Shown in pieces: positions 45,470 to 58,845 of a stretch of DNA of 64,000 bases. Source of the DNA: Lepidodermella squamata (Eukaryota > Animalia > Gastrotricha); contig JBLDXI010000011.1 in assembly GCA_047495785.1 (NCBI GenBank), positions 1,116,001-1,180,000 on the forward strand, read 5' to 3'. Within the stretch, counting starts at the first letter, position 1; every line of letters starts with the position of its first letter. Position numbers and translations under genes: made by a program. The notes beneath the pieces were generated by a model that had not been told where the DNA came from, did no database searches, and saw nothing but the letters and a program-made list of their open reading frames with translations.

Positions 45470-48330
45470 ATGGTATGGTATCAGAAAGCCGACCCAGCGC
45501 TCGAGTTAGGGCGGCAACACCAGCATTTTTCTGCTTTATTGTCAAACTGACATCTTCTCTTAGCAAGTTCACTTGTGTTGGCCAAAATTTAACCACTAAA
45601 TTATTTGCTACGACCAAAAATATCCCGAAAAACCCGAAAAAACCCGAAAAATGCATGCCAAGCCACTTAAAGCGGAAAACCGCGTTGTCCAACCTAAAAG
45701 TAATGGTAACTAAGAAATATACAGTTTATTCTACAAGAAAACCATGAGAAAGATTGTTCTTACCAGATTATTTCATGAAATGGGCTATCCTTAAGGTTGC
45801 TGATCTGGCTCAATGATGACGTCTAACCAGAGTGTGTAGGGCAGACGAAAGTCGATCCTGCGCTCGAATTACGGCGGCAACACTAGCTTTTTTCTGCTTT
45901 GTCGTCATATTGATATAGTCTCCAAGCAAAATCCCCCAATTTTACCCATATCTGACCGTTGATTATTTCCCAGCATCAATAAATGTTCCGATAAACCCGA
46001 ATAACTCCACTTTAACGTCTAAATGCATCCTAAGCCTAAAACGAGAAAAACCACGGTGACCCCCCAAAAAGACATGGTAACTAAGAAATTTACACTCTAT
46101 TCTACCAGAAAACAATGAGTAACAATGCTAATTAAGCAAAATTCATGACATGGATCATCTTGAAGATCGTTCATCTGGCCAGAGGATGAGATCTAACACA
46201 GCAGGTATGGCAGAAGGAAGTCCCTCCTTCTCACGAGTTAGTATGGCAACACCGACTTTTTCTTGTTTCATTGTCAAAGTACAGTGCTCCCTCGTTAGTG
46301 GCACCCTCCTTAAAAGAACTCCCTCGTTTGTAGACCGTAATTTTGGACCCTGCTCAATAAATTAGTTGTAAATTTTTAATTAAACAAAAAATAATTATTT
46401 GATAGATTTAGAAAATTAAGCGTTAAAAATTAAAATAATTAAGCGTTCCTAGAAACCTAGCGGCGCGTTGTCGCGATTTTGAGAGATCCAGTTATTTAAA
46501 GCTTAGTTCAAACGAGTTGAAAGATCATCAGTGTATTAAGCTGTTTTTGCAGCTTTGAAATGGTTGTGATTATGCAACAGAGTGTATGGATTAGCTGCCA
46601 CTCAAGTCGTGCTGCGAGCCGTCTCGCTTTCGCTTTTTTGCTAAACTTTTCCACCAGAAATTACGCCAGTTTATCAGACAAAATCAGCAATTCATTTCAA
46701 TAACTAAAACATGCCAGTCAATCTTCCGTCTCCTTGATTTGCAAATATTTTCTCAGGTCACTTGCTGATCAACCAAAATACTTATTTGAACTGCCCTGAT
46801 TTCTCATTTTTTAGCTTTTTCCCGGCCAGAAAATCTCTTAAAATTTACCAGCACGATCAAATTAGGATATAAATCCTGTTTTTTAAGGAAACTGAAATTT
46901 CAGTTTTCCCTAAATTTGTTCCCGGCTGTGTTGCGTAATCATGAAGAATCACGCCCTTGTTTTAAGATTTATTTTAACTTCGATACATGGATTTATTCTC
47001 ATAAAATTAGACAAATTTCATTTGTTCCAGTTGTCGTCAGTTATTGGAATTAATAGCCGATTTTCGATAGACTATAGGCCTGATCTACCATGAAACTGGC
47101 TGCTGCTACTCTACGATTTCATTGCTCAACGCCCTGGCAATTTTCCGGGTTTTTTCACAACTGTTAATCATTCGATTTTGACTTTGAAAATCGCAACATC
47201 CCGAGGAGGGGCGGCGGGAGCTTCTGCCCGATTTTTTATCTTGCTCTGCTAGGCAAGTCGAATGAAAATGAGATCACGCCTGAGAAGAACATAATTTGTT
47301 CCATTCAATCCAAACACCCTCTTGTTCCCTATTACCTCTTGACGGAACCACACGTCTTATGCCTTGGAATCGGTTCGAGAGGTTCTTGCTCAATGCCGGT
47401 AATTCGATGAATTTAAATAAAGAAAAACTCAGGTTAACCGCGAAACATTTATCGAAATTTATCCAATTGTTTCAAATTTCATATTATTTTTTAAATAATT
47501 CTACGAATTTTTGGCGACTGAAATTGTTCTGAATTGAACACTGCATTATCTTCAGAATTTTTGGGTGAATTTGCTGTATTCAGAAGTATTCTGGTCAATC
47601 TTGACCAAGGTGATTGATTTTTTGAGCTTTGATTTCAAATCGGACGAAGCGAAATCGGACGAGCTGGGCAAGTAAATTGAGATTCCAGGTTTTTTTTATT
47701 CTTAGTTCGTTTACCCCAGGCAGGAATTAAAATCAGAGTAAAAAACAAGGCCAACCAGTTAATCAAAGCCGCCCAGGCAAAAAAGAATAAAAACTGTGCG
47801 ACGAACTTATGATTCATGGTGTTATTGGTTCTCAGCCTTTAGCGAGCGAAATTTGTAATGACACGTCCGTCTCTTTCTGCGCGTTGCCATGGCAACTGTC
47901 TTAAGGCGTAGAAACGGTCTATTTTTAGCTTCTGCATTCAATTGCAGCCCTCGTTATAGCTTTCCCTTGTTTAAAGACCGGGTCTGGCTCCCGACCCAGT
48001 GCTTTTATCGAGGGAGCACTGTATTTACGTCTCCTAGTGAATTCACTCATTTGAGCCCCCATTTGACCGCTGAATTGTTTGCTAACACTGTAAATGTTCC
48101 GAATATCCCGAAAAACTCCATTTATCGACAGAATGCATCCATAGCAGCAGCAAGTGAAAAACCGCGGTGACCCTCCAAAAAGTAACGGTAACTAAGTAGT
48201 ATTTACTCTGCTTTACAAGAAAACAATGAGAGACAGTGTTTTTGACGGGTGATTTGAAGGCATAGACCTCCTTGAAGATGGTGATAATGAAGTCTATGCT
48301 CTGAACGACCGGCTGGCTGTTAGGGCAGAC
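45470..48330. repeat. Degenerate ~370-bp tandem repeat (3 units), third unit split by the pogo-like element
   Basis: Recurring GGCAACAC...TTGTC, CCCGAA.AAC...AATGCAT, GGTAACTAAG...AAAC.ATGAG at ~45700, ~46080 and ~48190. Confidence 0.7.
46282..48021. mobile_element. pogo/Tigger-like non-autonomous element, 1740 bp, TA TSD
   Basis: TA|CAGTGCTCCCTCG ... CGAGGGAGCACTG|TA. The flanks rejoin into the 370-bp repeat. Another right TIR lies at ~57091-57106. Confidence 0.75.
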
Positions 48331-49357
48331 GTGCTAAATATAACCATCATCCTACAAAAACGGCTGTGGTAATCTTGTAGAGAATACATTACTGTACTTA
48401 GAAACACTGTTTCCGCAAGGTATAACCGCACTTATGTGAAAGTTTCCGGGGTTAAACGCTTAAGATCTGCGAAAAACGGCATAAAAATGGCTTGTTTAGG
48501 CTTAGCGCATACGTCTAATTGAGCCATATTTAGAAAAAATGACGCCGGCTGCCTTATTAAATGCTTGAAATGCTATCAGAAAAACCCTAACAAAGGTGTC
48601 GTCACCGGTGATAAAATGCGGAATTACGGGGATGAAGTTGCGCGCCGGGGAACTTGCGGTGCGCGGAGCGGCTACAACGCGAAAACGCGCGGCATCGCGC
48701 AGCACGCTTTTCCGTAGCAACAAAATTTTTATTTAAAAAAAATTATTAATATAATAAAATAAAAATATTTTTAAAAGGATATTTAATTTTGTGCATAAAA
48801 ATTTGCAACGGGGTGAATGCGAAGAGAATGCGGAAGAGAAAGCCGAACAGCTGATTGACCAATCAGGCTTTTGACAACGGAAGGTCCGATTTTCTTGTAA
48901 TCCAACTTGTATAATTTATAATGTATTTGCATTCTCGCAATTCTTGCACTAATTTCCGACATGGCTGAGATTATTAATTTATAATCGAAATATGGCCATA
49001 TAAGTTTGAATAAGGTATATATTTTTGACGAAAAATACACATTTACTGTTCCCACTTTTATGAAATTTTTTTATTTCTTTGGTGTATGATCATCTTTGGT
49101 GTTCGGCTCGTCAAAGTACGATCGAATGAGTCGTCCAAGTGGTTGTTTTGACGCGTCGCTAACGACAGATAATAGTTCAGACAAGACCCAAAACAAAAAA
49201 CCCGTAAGATGTTGCGCGGTGTCTGTCATTAATGACGAACGTTTTCTTTCACGTTCGCTCCTCGTTAGTGGTATCTGCTATTCAATACATGAGAAAGATC
49301 TTCCCGTCGTCAGAAACTCTAATTTTGAGCAGTAAAAGAGCAGACAAGACTCGATCA

Positions 49358-49367
49358 TTTTATAAGA
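49358..49367 (+). promoter_or_regulatory. TATA-like box of the amplified gene
   Basis: TTTTATAAGA ~60 nt upstream of the ATG, with an Inr-like TCAG ~30 nt downstream. Confidence 0.4.
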
Positions 49368-49422
49368 TTGCGTTTCGAAAAGAAACAATGATATCAGGCA
49401 GATTTTTTTCTTTCAATAAGTC

Positions 49423-50371
49423 ATGAGCTACTTGTATTTGGTGATCGCTCTCGCCGCTGGTGTTGCAGTTGACGCGTGCCCTGCTTCTACGAGCACGCCA
49501 TGTCCTACTGGCACATGCGCTTCTGGATCGGCGTGCACAACCACGGCAAACCAGTGTGACACGTCGAGCAAAAGCTGCGTTCCAACGAGCAACCTTTGCA
49601 GTGATACGACGAAAAGCTGCCAGACAACCGTAAAACATCTGATGCATTAAATGCCACCTGCAAATTTTGCTTCTGATGCGCTCAGGTTACATACCAACTC
49701 TGCAATATTGCCACCACTCAAGGAGCTACAACGCCAACCCCGGCTATTCAGCAGGCCAACTTGAAGTTTTGTATCGCCAGCGGAGCGACGTGTACTTCGG
49801 TATTCACAAGCGGCGTCGCTGTAAGACATGAACATATTTTGAATTAGCCATTCGCTATTTTTTATGCATCTCAATCAGCAAGCAACCGCGACGGCGAGTG
49901 TGCCTAACAGCTACACTGACTTTGGCACTTGCTGTACAAATACTGTTGCGAGCGGCCAAACGGCAAATATCGTATATGAATACCTTCCGAAACAGGGCAC
50001 CAGCAATCCTACACTGGTCTGTGTTGGCGGTGTAGATACTACTCCGTACAGAGTAGCAAACGGCGGTACAAGAATCGGTTACTGCGTCCGCTTTCCTTAT
50101 ACGGCCAACGCTAATGCTGACGGAATCGCTACTACGGGCATTGTGAGTTTGCCAAAGATTGCACGCTAACTGTCAATAAGTGTATTTTTCCCAGAACACT
50201 GTTCAATCTAACAGCGCCAGTGTGTACATTTACTCTACTTTTGCTGCCTGCTGTACTGGAATATTCGGTGGTCAAAAGGACGCACAAAATCTGAACGTAA
50301 ATACTTGGGGTACTGCATCAGCATACGGCATCACCAACTTCGAAAAGTGCTCATCAACCACACCAGCGTAA
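49423..50371 (+). CDS. Copy E: secreted Cys/Thr-rich protein, 260 aa; exons 49423-49629, 49686-49820, 49879-50142, 50195-50371
   Basis: Three GT-AG phase-0 introns (56, 58 and 52 nt; GCTAAC branch site in intron 3) give one open frame of 69+45+88+58 aa. Confidence 0.9.
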
Positions 50372-51702
50372 TTCCGCTACAATTTGTAACTCAACTGTTA
50401 ATTTCTTCAGCTTCCAAATAATTATAATCAGCATGTAGAACGAGAAATATCTAAAGGATGCCTATTATGTCTGTTAATGTAATAATTTGAAGCTGATGAA
50501 ATTATACATCGCGGCTTAGCCTGTATGTAGCTAAAATGGACGAGAATTATGTTTCGGCATTCTCCTCCTTACAAAAATGCATACCTGCGAAGCTAATAAA
50601 ACGAATTTTGACAATGTGCGAATTTGGAATTTTGCCAAGGGATGCGATTTGGTCAGTACATGATCGTGTGATAATACAGGGCGTTCGCGGAATAATACTC
50701 TGGGCGAGCTAAAAATAGCTAAAGAAAAACCGAAATGCGTGAAAGTTCTTTATTTATTTATTTATTTAAAGAGCGTGATATCCAGGATTGGAAGCTCTAC
50801 AAGAGAAAAAAAGTGCAGCCACTAGTTTTCGTGCCAAGAGCCAGAGTCATTTGGAGCCGTTTCAGAGGTCGGGGTTAAACGTTTTCAGCGGGCACATTAA
50901 TGCTTAATGCTAAGGCTAGGTTTGAAATCGTTTGCTTTTGCTATAGGTACTCATCCCCCTGTTTCATCAGGAAAGTCAGCAGACGAGACACGTTGTCATA
51001 TTGTGATTCATAGAGTTTTCAAGTTTACATCAATCAAATAATTGTTCATCTTCACGGGCAAACTGCGATCAGCGAAACCATTAGCCATCAGCGATCCTTA
51101 CATCGATAGAAAGGCGGCAACAGGTATTATCGCTAAGGCTCCTTCCCTTCCATTGTATGATGCCACTTCCATTTTTACCGTGGAACAGCTTGTTGAATTC
51201 AATTTTGCGGTTGTCATGTAATAGTATTTTATTGGTCAATTATTAAGATATTGCATTTACAAACCGTCCTGATCCTGCAGCAGCAGCAGCTGATACTGAT
51301 ACTGATACTGATACTGATACTGTTTTATTTTGCAATTTGTCTTTCGACATTTAGCAATTAGGAATTAACAAAACGTTAAGTTATGGCGCCTCACCACAGA
51401 AATTGTGAATTTTTCCAAGTCAGTACATTTAAGATATTTCAAGAATGAAGAATACGAATTATTAACGACGGAAGATGGTAGCCGGTTCCAAGCTGGACGC
51501 ACTCGCCTCACAAATGAAAACTGAGAGCTGGCATGACTGTAGCTTTCCATCGTAACAGAATGATGCGGTAAGCGCGGATTAGTGGAAATATTAAAGAAGT
51601 CAGGGAAATTTAAGTCCACAGCACGCTGGTACATTTTATGACATAACGCAAGATCGTGTTGGTAGCGTCTTAATTCGAGTGAACACAACCCAAGTTTTTT
51701 TG

Positions 51703-54223
51703 ATCAACTAGATGATAAGATTGCATGTATCTTCGTTGGGGATTTCAACTTGCCGGAATTCGACTGGGTTAACTTTAAGAATCCTGGAAAATTACTCTAT
51801 TCTTCGTTCACCGATTTTTTCATGTCTAATAATTTAATTCAGTATGTTGACAAGCCAACTAGAGGCGACAATATTTTAGACCTCGTGATCTCAAACAAGC
51901 CAAATATTGTTTCGAACGTCGATGTAGATGAACCTCTGGCGGCAAAATGCGATCACAGTGTTGTGAAGTTCAGGATCAACATTAGCGTCCCGACTTCTGT
52001 TAAAAGCTCATCGATCAAAAGCGCCTTTGTGTTTCGAAAATGTGATTATGTGAAATTTTCTGCCTATCTGGACTCAATTAATTGGATTGACATGTTTGCG
52101 ATGTCTACTGTTGATCAATGTTACACTCGATTTCTTCATGTCCTCTTCAAGGGAATCTTGTTGTTTGTGCCCCGACGGAAGTCACGGAAAAAGAAAAAGA
52201 AACGAATGCCTTGGATGTCTCCGGAGTTGAATCGTTTATCAAACAGGAAAAGTCGTCTGTATGCTACCTATATGAAAAACGGTAAATCTGCCCAAGACTA
52301 TTCTCGTTATAAAATTGCTAGCTCTCTTTATGATATCGAAAACCGTAAAGCCAGGCGTAAATATGAAGACAGCCTTCTCTCGAATGGTGAGATCGGAGAC
52401 TTGTATGACTATTTCTCAGCTAGGTTCAAATCTAGGCCAGCTATTCCAGCTATTAATGCCGGAAGTGAAACAATAGTGAATGATGCCGGTAAGGCCGAGG
52501 CTTTTAGAAAGCAATTTGCTGACGCGTATAATAACAAACAGTTTGCCGCTAGTTCAAACTTTAAAGCCGTTTCCGACTGCTTACAAGACATATTATTTTC
52601 GAATGAATGTGTTTTCAATGTTATTTGTGGTATCAAGGAAAAGCCTATTGGAGGAGCAGACAACATTCCAGCTGTGCTCATTAAAAAGCTCTCCCGCTCA
52701 CTGTGTACACCGCTAGCAATGATTTTCAACATTTCTTTTGCGCAAGGTGAGATTCCTGTGGTGTGGAAATATGCGAATGTCGCACCTATCTTCAAACGTA
52801 ACGGTGATGCCTCCAATGTTGGCAATTATCGGCCTGTGAGTCTCACATGCATAATTTGCAAAATCCAAGAAACCATTGTGAAGAATCATGTGCTACTGTA
52901 CCTATATAGAAACAACCTGATCTCTGAAAATCAATTTGGGTTTCTATCTCGAAGAAATTGTGAGACGCAGTTGTTGTCATGTATTACTGATTGGCTGAAA
53001 CTATTAGATCAACTCATTGATATAATTGTTATAACCTTGACCTGTCAAAAGCCTTCGATGTTGTGCCGATCTCTTTGTTACTATCCAAGCTCTCAGATAT
53101 CAATATTTGTGGAAACCTGCACGCCTGGATAAAGGCTTTCTTGAGCGACCGATTTTTCAGGGTAGCAGTGAATAACAGTGTGTCATCATGGTCGGCGGTC
53201 ACTTCTGGAGTACCTCAGGGCTCTGTTCTAGGGCCGCTGCTGTTCTTGATTTTCACGACAGAAGTAAATGTGTTGGTCGAGAGATCGATTGCGAAATTCT
53301 TCGCCGACGATACGAAGCTATACCGGGCGATCCGTTCTTTAAGCGATTGCATCGAACTGCAGAAAGACTTGGATGAAATCATCAACTGGTTTGACGCTAA
53401 CGGCCTGTCTGTGAATTCGAAAAAATGCGTTGTGCTTATACTCGGGCAAAACAAATTTATGTTCAAATTCAAAATTAAAGATGTCGAGCTTGATGTTGTG
53501 GACTCAGTGAAAGACCTCGGAATAATTATTGATAAAAATCTCACCTTCTCTGAGCACTGTAACGCATTGGCAACTAAATGCCACAGAATTAACGGTGTTA
53601 TTTGTAAATCGTTCGCCTCTAAATCCTTACGTCTCAAAGCCTATAAAACGTATACTTTATCTCGTCTTGACTTTTGCCCGTCTGTTTACTCGCCTTACCT
53701 AATAACAGATATTGAAAAGGTCGAATCGATTCAAATCCGCTTCACAAAACGTTTGCTATATCGTAGTACCTACTACTCATCGATCGAAGGCTCCTCCTAT
53801 GAAGAACGACAAAAAAAGCTTGGGTTGTGTTCACTCGAATTAAGACGCTACCAACACGATCTTGCGTTATGTCATAAAATGTACCAGCGTGCTGTGGACT
53901 TAAATTTCCCTGACTTCTTTAATATTTCCACTAATCCGCGCTTACCGCATCATTCTGTTACGATGGAAAGCTACAGTCATGCCAGCTCTCAGTTTTCATT
54001 TGTGAGGCGAGTGCGTCCAGCTTGGAACCGGCTACCATCTTCCGTCGTTAATAATTCGTATTCTTCATTCTTGAAATATCTTAAATGTACTGACTTGGAA
54101 AAATTCACAATTTCTGTGGTGAGGCGCCATAACTTAACGTTTTGTTAATTCCTAATTGCTAAATGTCGAAAGACAAATTGCAAAATAAAACAGTATCAGT
54201 ATCAGTATCAGTATCAGTATCAG
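51703..54223 (+). mobile_element. 5'-truncated, frameshifted CR1-clade LINE (APE C-terminal half + RT) with (CAGTAT)5 tail
   Basis: GDFNLP..W, PTRG.NILDLV, CDH (APE); NYRPVSL, DLSKAFD, GVPQGSVLGPLLF, FADD (RT); CR1-type YEER..KLGL.SLE.RR. Frameshift at ~53025; AATAAA then a microsatellite tail at 54191-54223. Confidence 0.92.
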
Positions 54224-55141
54224 CTGCTGCTGCTGCAGGATCAGGACGGTTTGTAAATGCAATATCTTAATAATTGACCAATAAAATACTATTACATGAC
54301 AACCGCAAAATTGAATTCAACAAGCTGTTCCACGGTAAAAATGGAAGTGGCATCATACAATGGAAGGGAAGGAGCCTTAGCGATAATACCTGTTGCCGCC
54401 TTTCTATCGATGTAAGGATCGCTGATGGCTAATGGTTTCGCTGATCGCAGTTTGCCCGTGAAGATGAACAATTATTTGATTGATGTAAACTTGAAAACTC
54501 TATGAATCACAATATGACAACGTGTCTCGTCTGCTGACTTTCCTGATGAAACAGGGGGATGAGTACCTATAGCAAAAGCAAACGATTTCAAACCTAGCCT
54601 TAGCATTAAGCATTAATGTGCCCGCTGAAAACGTTTAACCCCGACCTCTGAAACGGCTCCAAATGACTCTGGCTCTTGGCACGAAAACTAGTGGCTGCAC
54701 TTTTTTTCTCTTGTAGAGCTTCCAATCCTGGATATCACGCTCTTTAAATAAATAAATAAATAAAGAACTTTCACGCATTTCGGTTTTTCTTTAGCTATTT
54801 TTAGCTCGCCCAGAGTATTATTCCGCGAACGCCCTGTATTATCACACGATCATGTACTGACCAAATCGCATCCCTTGGCAAAATTCCAAATTCGCACATT
54901 GTCAAAATTCGTTTTATTAGCTTCGCAGGTATGCATTTTTGTAAGGAGGAGAATGCCGAAACATAATTCTCGTCCATTTTAGCTACATACAGGCTAAGCC
55001 GCGATGTATAATTTCATCAGCTTCAAATTATTACATTAACAGACATAATAGGCATCCTTTAGATATTTCTCGTTCTACATGCTGATTATAATTATTTGGA
55101 AGCTGAAGAAATTAACAGTTGAGTTACAAATTGTAGCGGAA

Positions 55142-56090
55142 TTACGCTGGTGTGGTTGATGAGCACTTTTCGAAGTTGGTGATGCCGTATGCTGATGCAG
55201 TACCCCAAGTATTTACGTTCAGATTTTGTGCGTCCTTTTGACCACCGAATATTCCAGTACAGCAGGCAGCAAAAGTAGAGTAAATGTACACACTGGCGCT
55301 GTTAGATTGAACAGTGTTCTGGGAAAAATACACTTATTGACAGTTAGCGTGCAATCTTTGGCAAACTCACAATGCCCGTAGTAGCGATTCCGTCAGCATT
55401 AGCGTTGGCCGTATAAGGAAAGCGGACGCAGTAACCGATTCTTGTACCGCCGTTTGCTACTCTGTACGGAGTAGTATCTACACCGCCAACACAGACCAGT
55501 GTAGGATTGCTGGTGCCCTGTTTCGGAAGGTATTCATATACGATATTTGCCGTTTGGCCGCTCGCAACAGTATTTGTACAGCAAGTGCCAAAGTCAGTGT
55601 AGCTGTTAGGCACACTCGCCGTCGCGGTTGCTTGCTGATTGAGATGCATAAAAAATAGCGAATGGCTAATTCAAAATATGTTCATGTCTTACAGCGACGC
55701 CGCTTGTGAATACCGAAGTACACGTCGCTCCGCTGGCGATACAAAACTTCAAGTTGGCCTGCTGAATAGCCGGGGTTGGCGTTGTAGCTCCTTGAGTGGT
55801 GGCAATATTGCAGAGTTGGTATGTAACCTGAGCGCATCAGAAGCAAAATTTGCAGGTGGCATTTAATGCATCAGATGTTTTACGGTTGTCTGGCAGCTTT
55901 TCGTCGTATCACTGCAAAGGTTGCTCGTTGGAACGCAGCTTTTGCTCGACGTGTCACACTGGTTTGCCGTGGTTGTGCACGCCGATCCAGAAGCGCATGT
56001 GCCAGTAGGACATGGCGTGCTCGTAGAAGCAGGGCACGCGTCAACTGCAACACCAGCGGCGAGAGCGATCACCAAATACAAGTAGCTCAT
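55142..56090 (-). CDS. Copy F: secreted Cys/Thr-rich protein, 260 aa
   Basis: Mirror image of copy E. Confidence 0.88.
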
Positions 56091-56599
56091 GACTTATTGA
56101 AAGAAAAAAATCTGCCTGATATCATTGTTTCTTTTCGAAACGCAATCTTATAAAATGATCGAGTCTTGTCTGCTCTTTTACTGCTCAAAATTAGAGTTTC
56201 TGACGACGGGAAGATCTTTCTCATGTATTGAATAGCAGATACCACTAACGAGGAGCGAACGTGAAAGAAAACGTTCGTCATTAATGACAGACACCGCGCA
56301 ACATCTTACGGGTTTTTTGTTTTGGGTCTAGTCTGAACTATTATCTGTCGTTAGCGACGCGTCAAAACAACCACTTGGACGACTCATTCGATCGTACTTT
56401 GACGAGCCGAACACCAAAGATGATCATACACCAAAGAAATAAAAAAATTTCATAAAAGTGGGAACAGTAAATGTGTATTTTTCGTCAAAAATATATACCT
56501 TATTCAAACTTATATGGCCATATTTCGATTATAAATTAATAATCTCAGCCATGTCGGAAATTAGTGCAAGAATTGCGAGAATGCAAATACATTATAAAT

Positions 56600-56889
56600 T
56601 ATACAAGTTGGATTACAAGAAAATCGGACCTTCCGTTGTCAAAAGCCTGATTGGTCAATCAGCTGTTCGGCTTTCTCTTCCGCATTCTCTTCGCATTCAC
56701 CCCGTTGTACATGTCTCTTTGATCGAACCTTATGTTGCTAATGAAATCAAGAATCGGATTCAGCCGCCACCACCAGCTGTTACAATCAACGGTGAACAAG
56801 AGTTTGAAGTTCGCGCAATTTTGGATTCAAAACTCGAGCGAAGTACCTCGTTGACTGGTGTGGCTACGGCCGAAGAAGATAGAAGATAA
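56600..56889 (+). mobile_element. Ty3/Gypsy chromovirus fragment: integrase GPY/F region plus start of chromodomain
   Basis: KLDYKKIGP...AVRLSLPHSLRIHPVVHVSLIEPY...PPPPAVTINGEQEFEVRAILDSK; a shifted frame continues KYLVDWCGYG. Confidence 0.85.
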
Positions 56890-57252
56890 GCGTCATTCTT
56901 GATAAGCGTGAGTCTAAATTAATAATCTCAGCCGTGTCGGAAATTAGTGCAAGAATTGCGAGAATGCAAATAAATTATACCAGGCTATCTTCGATGTGGC
57001 TAACCAATAAAATCTACGTTACCCTCGCAACAAAGAAAAACCTGGTGACGCACTTCATCGCTTTATTCATCGCTAGCCCCCTTGCTTATATCGAGGGAGC
57101 ACTGTATTGCGGTTATTGCGCCGAAGAAGATAGAAGATAAGCGTCATTTTTTGCCTCGATCAGATGAATTTTGTATGTGATTGTTAGAAGTGTCGAGTCC
57201 ATACTGCTATTAGTCCGAATTCGGATGAATTGGATTCTCCAGGCACAGGCCA

Positions 57253-57715
57253 TGGCTAAGAGACGTGATATAGGACGCCGCGGCTTGCTGAGAATCAGAA
57301 AAAGCGTGATATTTTTCATGAGGTCCAAAGTCCAACTTGACCAATAAATCTCACCTTGCGCTAGACAGTAAAGGTCATCAACGTCTATTTTCTTCTAGGG
57401 CAACTTGTCTTTCAGTTCAAGGATAAGTTCTCCGAGTGCGGGGAGTACGAGGGTTGCGCGTACCCTTAAAGAGCAGATCCTAAAAGTAAAAATGGTGCCG
57501 CGTACCCTCAAGCGGATTTGGAAAACGGAAATTTTTTAATTTTCAGAAGAAAATCGGGCATCGATTAATCGAACTTACGAAATCAAGCCATCCATAGGTG
57601 TAAATGAGGAAAAAATCGGGAGAAAAATGGAGAAATACTTGAGGCGCATTATTTATATGTATATACATCAACTTTTTATATATACATGAGACGTCCTATA
57701 GTACGTCTCATGACC
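57253..57715. mobile_element. Diverged MITE of the (TCAT)GAGACGT..TAGGACG family
   Basis: GAGACGTGATATAGGACGCCG ... CGTCCTATAGTACGTCTCATGACC. Confidence 0.45.
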
Positions 57716-58845
57716 ATGCATGGAGGAAAGAATACACGGCGTACCGATGGGCAGTGACGAGAATTTCTAATAATTCGCTATCAAAACCTTTATTACAGGG
57801 CCGAAAATCAATTAGGATTCAAAAGAAGCTGTCGAAGTGCTGTTTTCGTAGTGGAGTGCTGTAGTCACTAATCCAAATTTTGAGGACCTTGCGCTAGACA
57901 GTAGAGGCCTCTATATGACTAAATACGGTAGTTATTCTGAAAGACGATGCAAGTAAGACTGCTGTGCAAATTTGCGCGCGATTGACGGTTAAGCAGCGCG
58001 CTTGTATGTGCACGACTAGCACGCTCACGTCACTTTTTTCCATTAAAAACGTGTAGAGAGGGAAATAAGCAGGAAAGGGAAGAAGACCTAGGAGAGAGAC
58101 AAACATTGTGGAACAGAGGACTGGTATGGGGGAGAACCGATCGTTGAGCAGGAAGACAGGCGGCGACGCGGAATGCCGATCAGCCTCGATGTCCTCATGA
58201 AGCGGCAGCACAAAAGCGGGCGATGTTGTCGGCATGGCGGCTCTGGACGGCGTGGAGTGCGCGGACATGCAGAATGGCTCGCGCAGTCGCACATGCAGTT
58301 TTAGTTAGTTTCTATTAGTATTAGTAGACAGTATTAGTCCCAAGTGTTATGTGCGACTGTTCAGCACGCCAGATTGACGCATGACTCGGCTGATTAACGA
58401 TAATTCCCATGTGACGTAGATAGTAGATAGGACACCGCACTAAGATGTTTTCGGACACGAAAAAATGAAGTCAGACTAATGAGGGGTAAAGTTCACCGGT
58501 TTGAATTTAATGAAATGAATCACGTCATTATTTTCCACCCCAATATTTCTTGTGCTATTTCTGTGTAATTTTGAGCAGATGCTGCCGTTTTATCAGCTGC
58601 ATTGTGTGACCACTTAAAAAGTCCAATCCAATGCGCACGCTGATCGGTCAATCGATTGTTGCTGTGACTCCCGGATGAAACGTTCTTTCGTGCGATCCAT
58701 AAGATTATTTGCAACAAGTGTTTTTGCCGCAGCAATTTACCACGACTAATATCGATGGTTTTACGCTATAACAGACCAATCGCATACACGCTCAAAAAAC
58801 TCTGCAGCTTACATAAAAGTATGCAGGGCTACTAGCGCGTATTCG

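Larger units (their letters stand above)
48806..56707. repeat. 7.9-kb spaced palindrome: arms 48806-51702 and 53810-56707, spacer = CR1 ORF2 interior
   Basis: The arms are reverse complements. I noticed one SNP (~49182 vs 56330) and a 1-nt indel near the inner junction. Confidence 0.95.

Noticed and set aside
45059-46633. Apparent MULE-like element with 290-bp TIRs
   Set aside because: No TSD. The right 'TIR' lies inside the TA-flanked element 46282-48021, whose flanks rejoin into the 370-bp repeat, so it is better read as an inverted partial copy.
49423-49629. Insect-type antifreeze protein
   Set aside because: Cys/Thr-rich, but lacks the regular 12-residue TCT repeat; no support beyond composition.
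51365-51688. Independent 107-aa gene
   Set aside because: It is the inverted duplicate of the CR1 ORF2 C-terminus in the left palindrome arm.
51703-56411. Gene copies spread by CR1 3' transduction
   Set aside because: No tail or TSD at the distal ends of the copies; the junctions show DNA-level microhomology; the LINE is truncated and frameshifted.
57880-58435. Possible solo LTR or 132-aa ORF
   Set aside because: TG...CA ends are conceivable on the minus strand, but there is no second LTR, convincing PBS/PPT or TSD, and the ORF has no recognisable motif.
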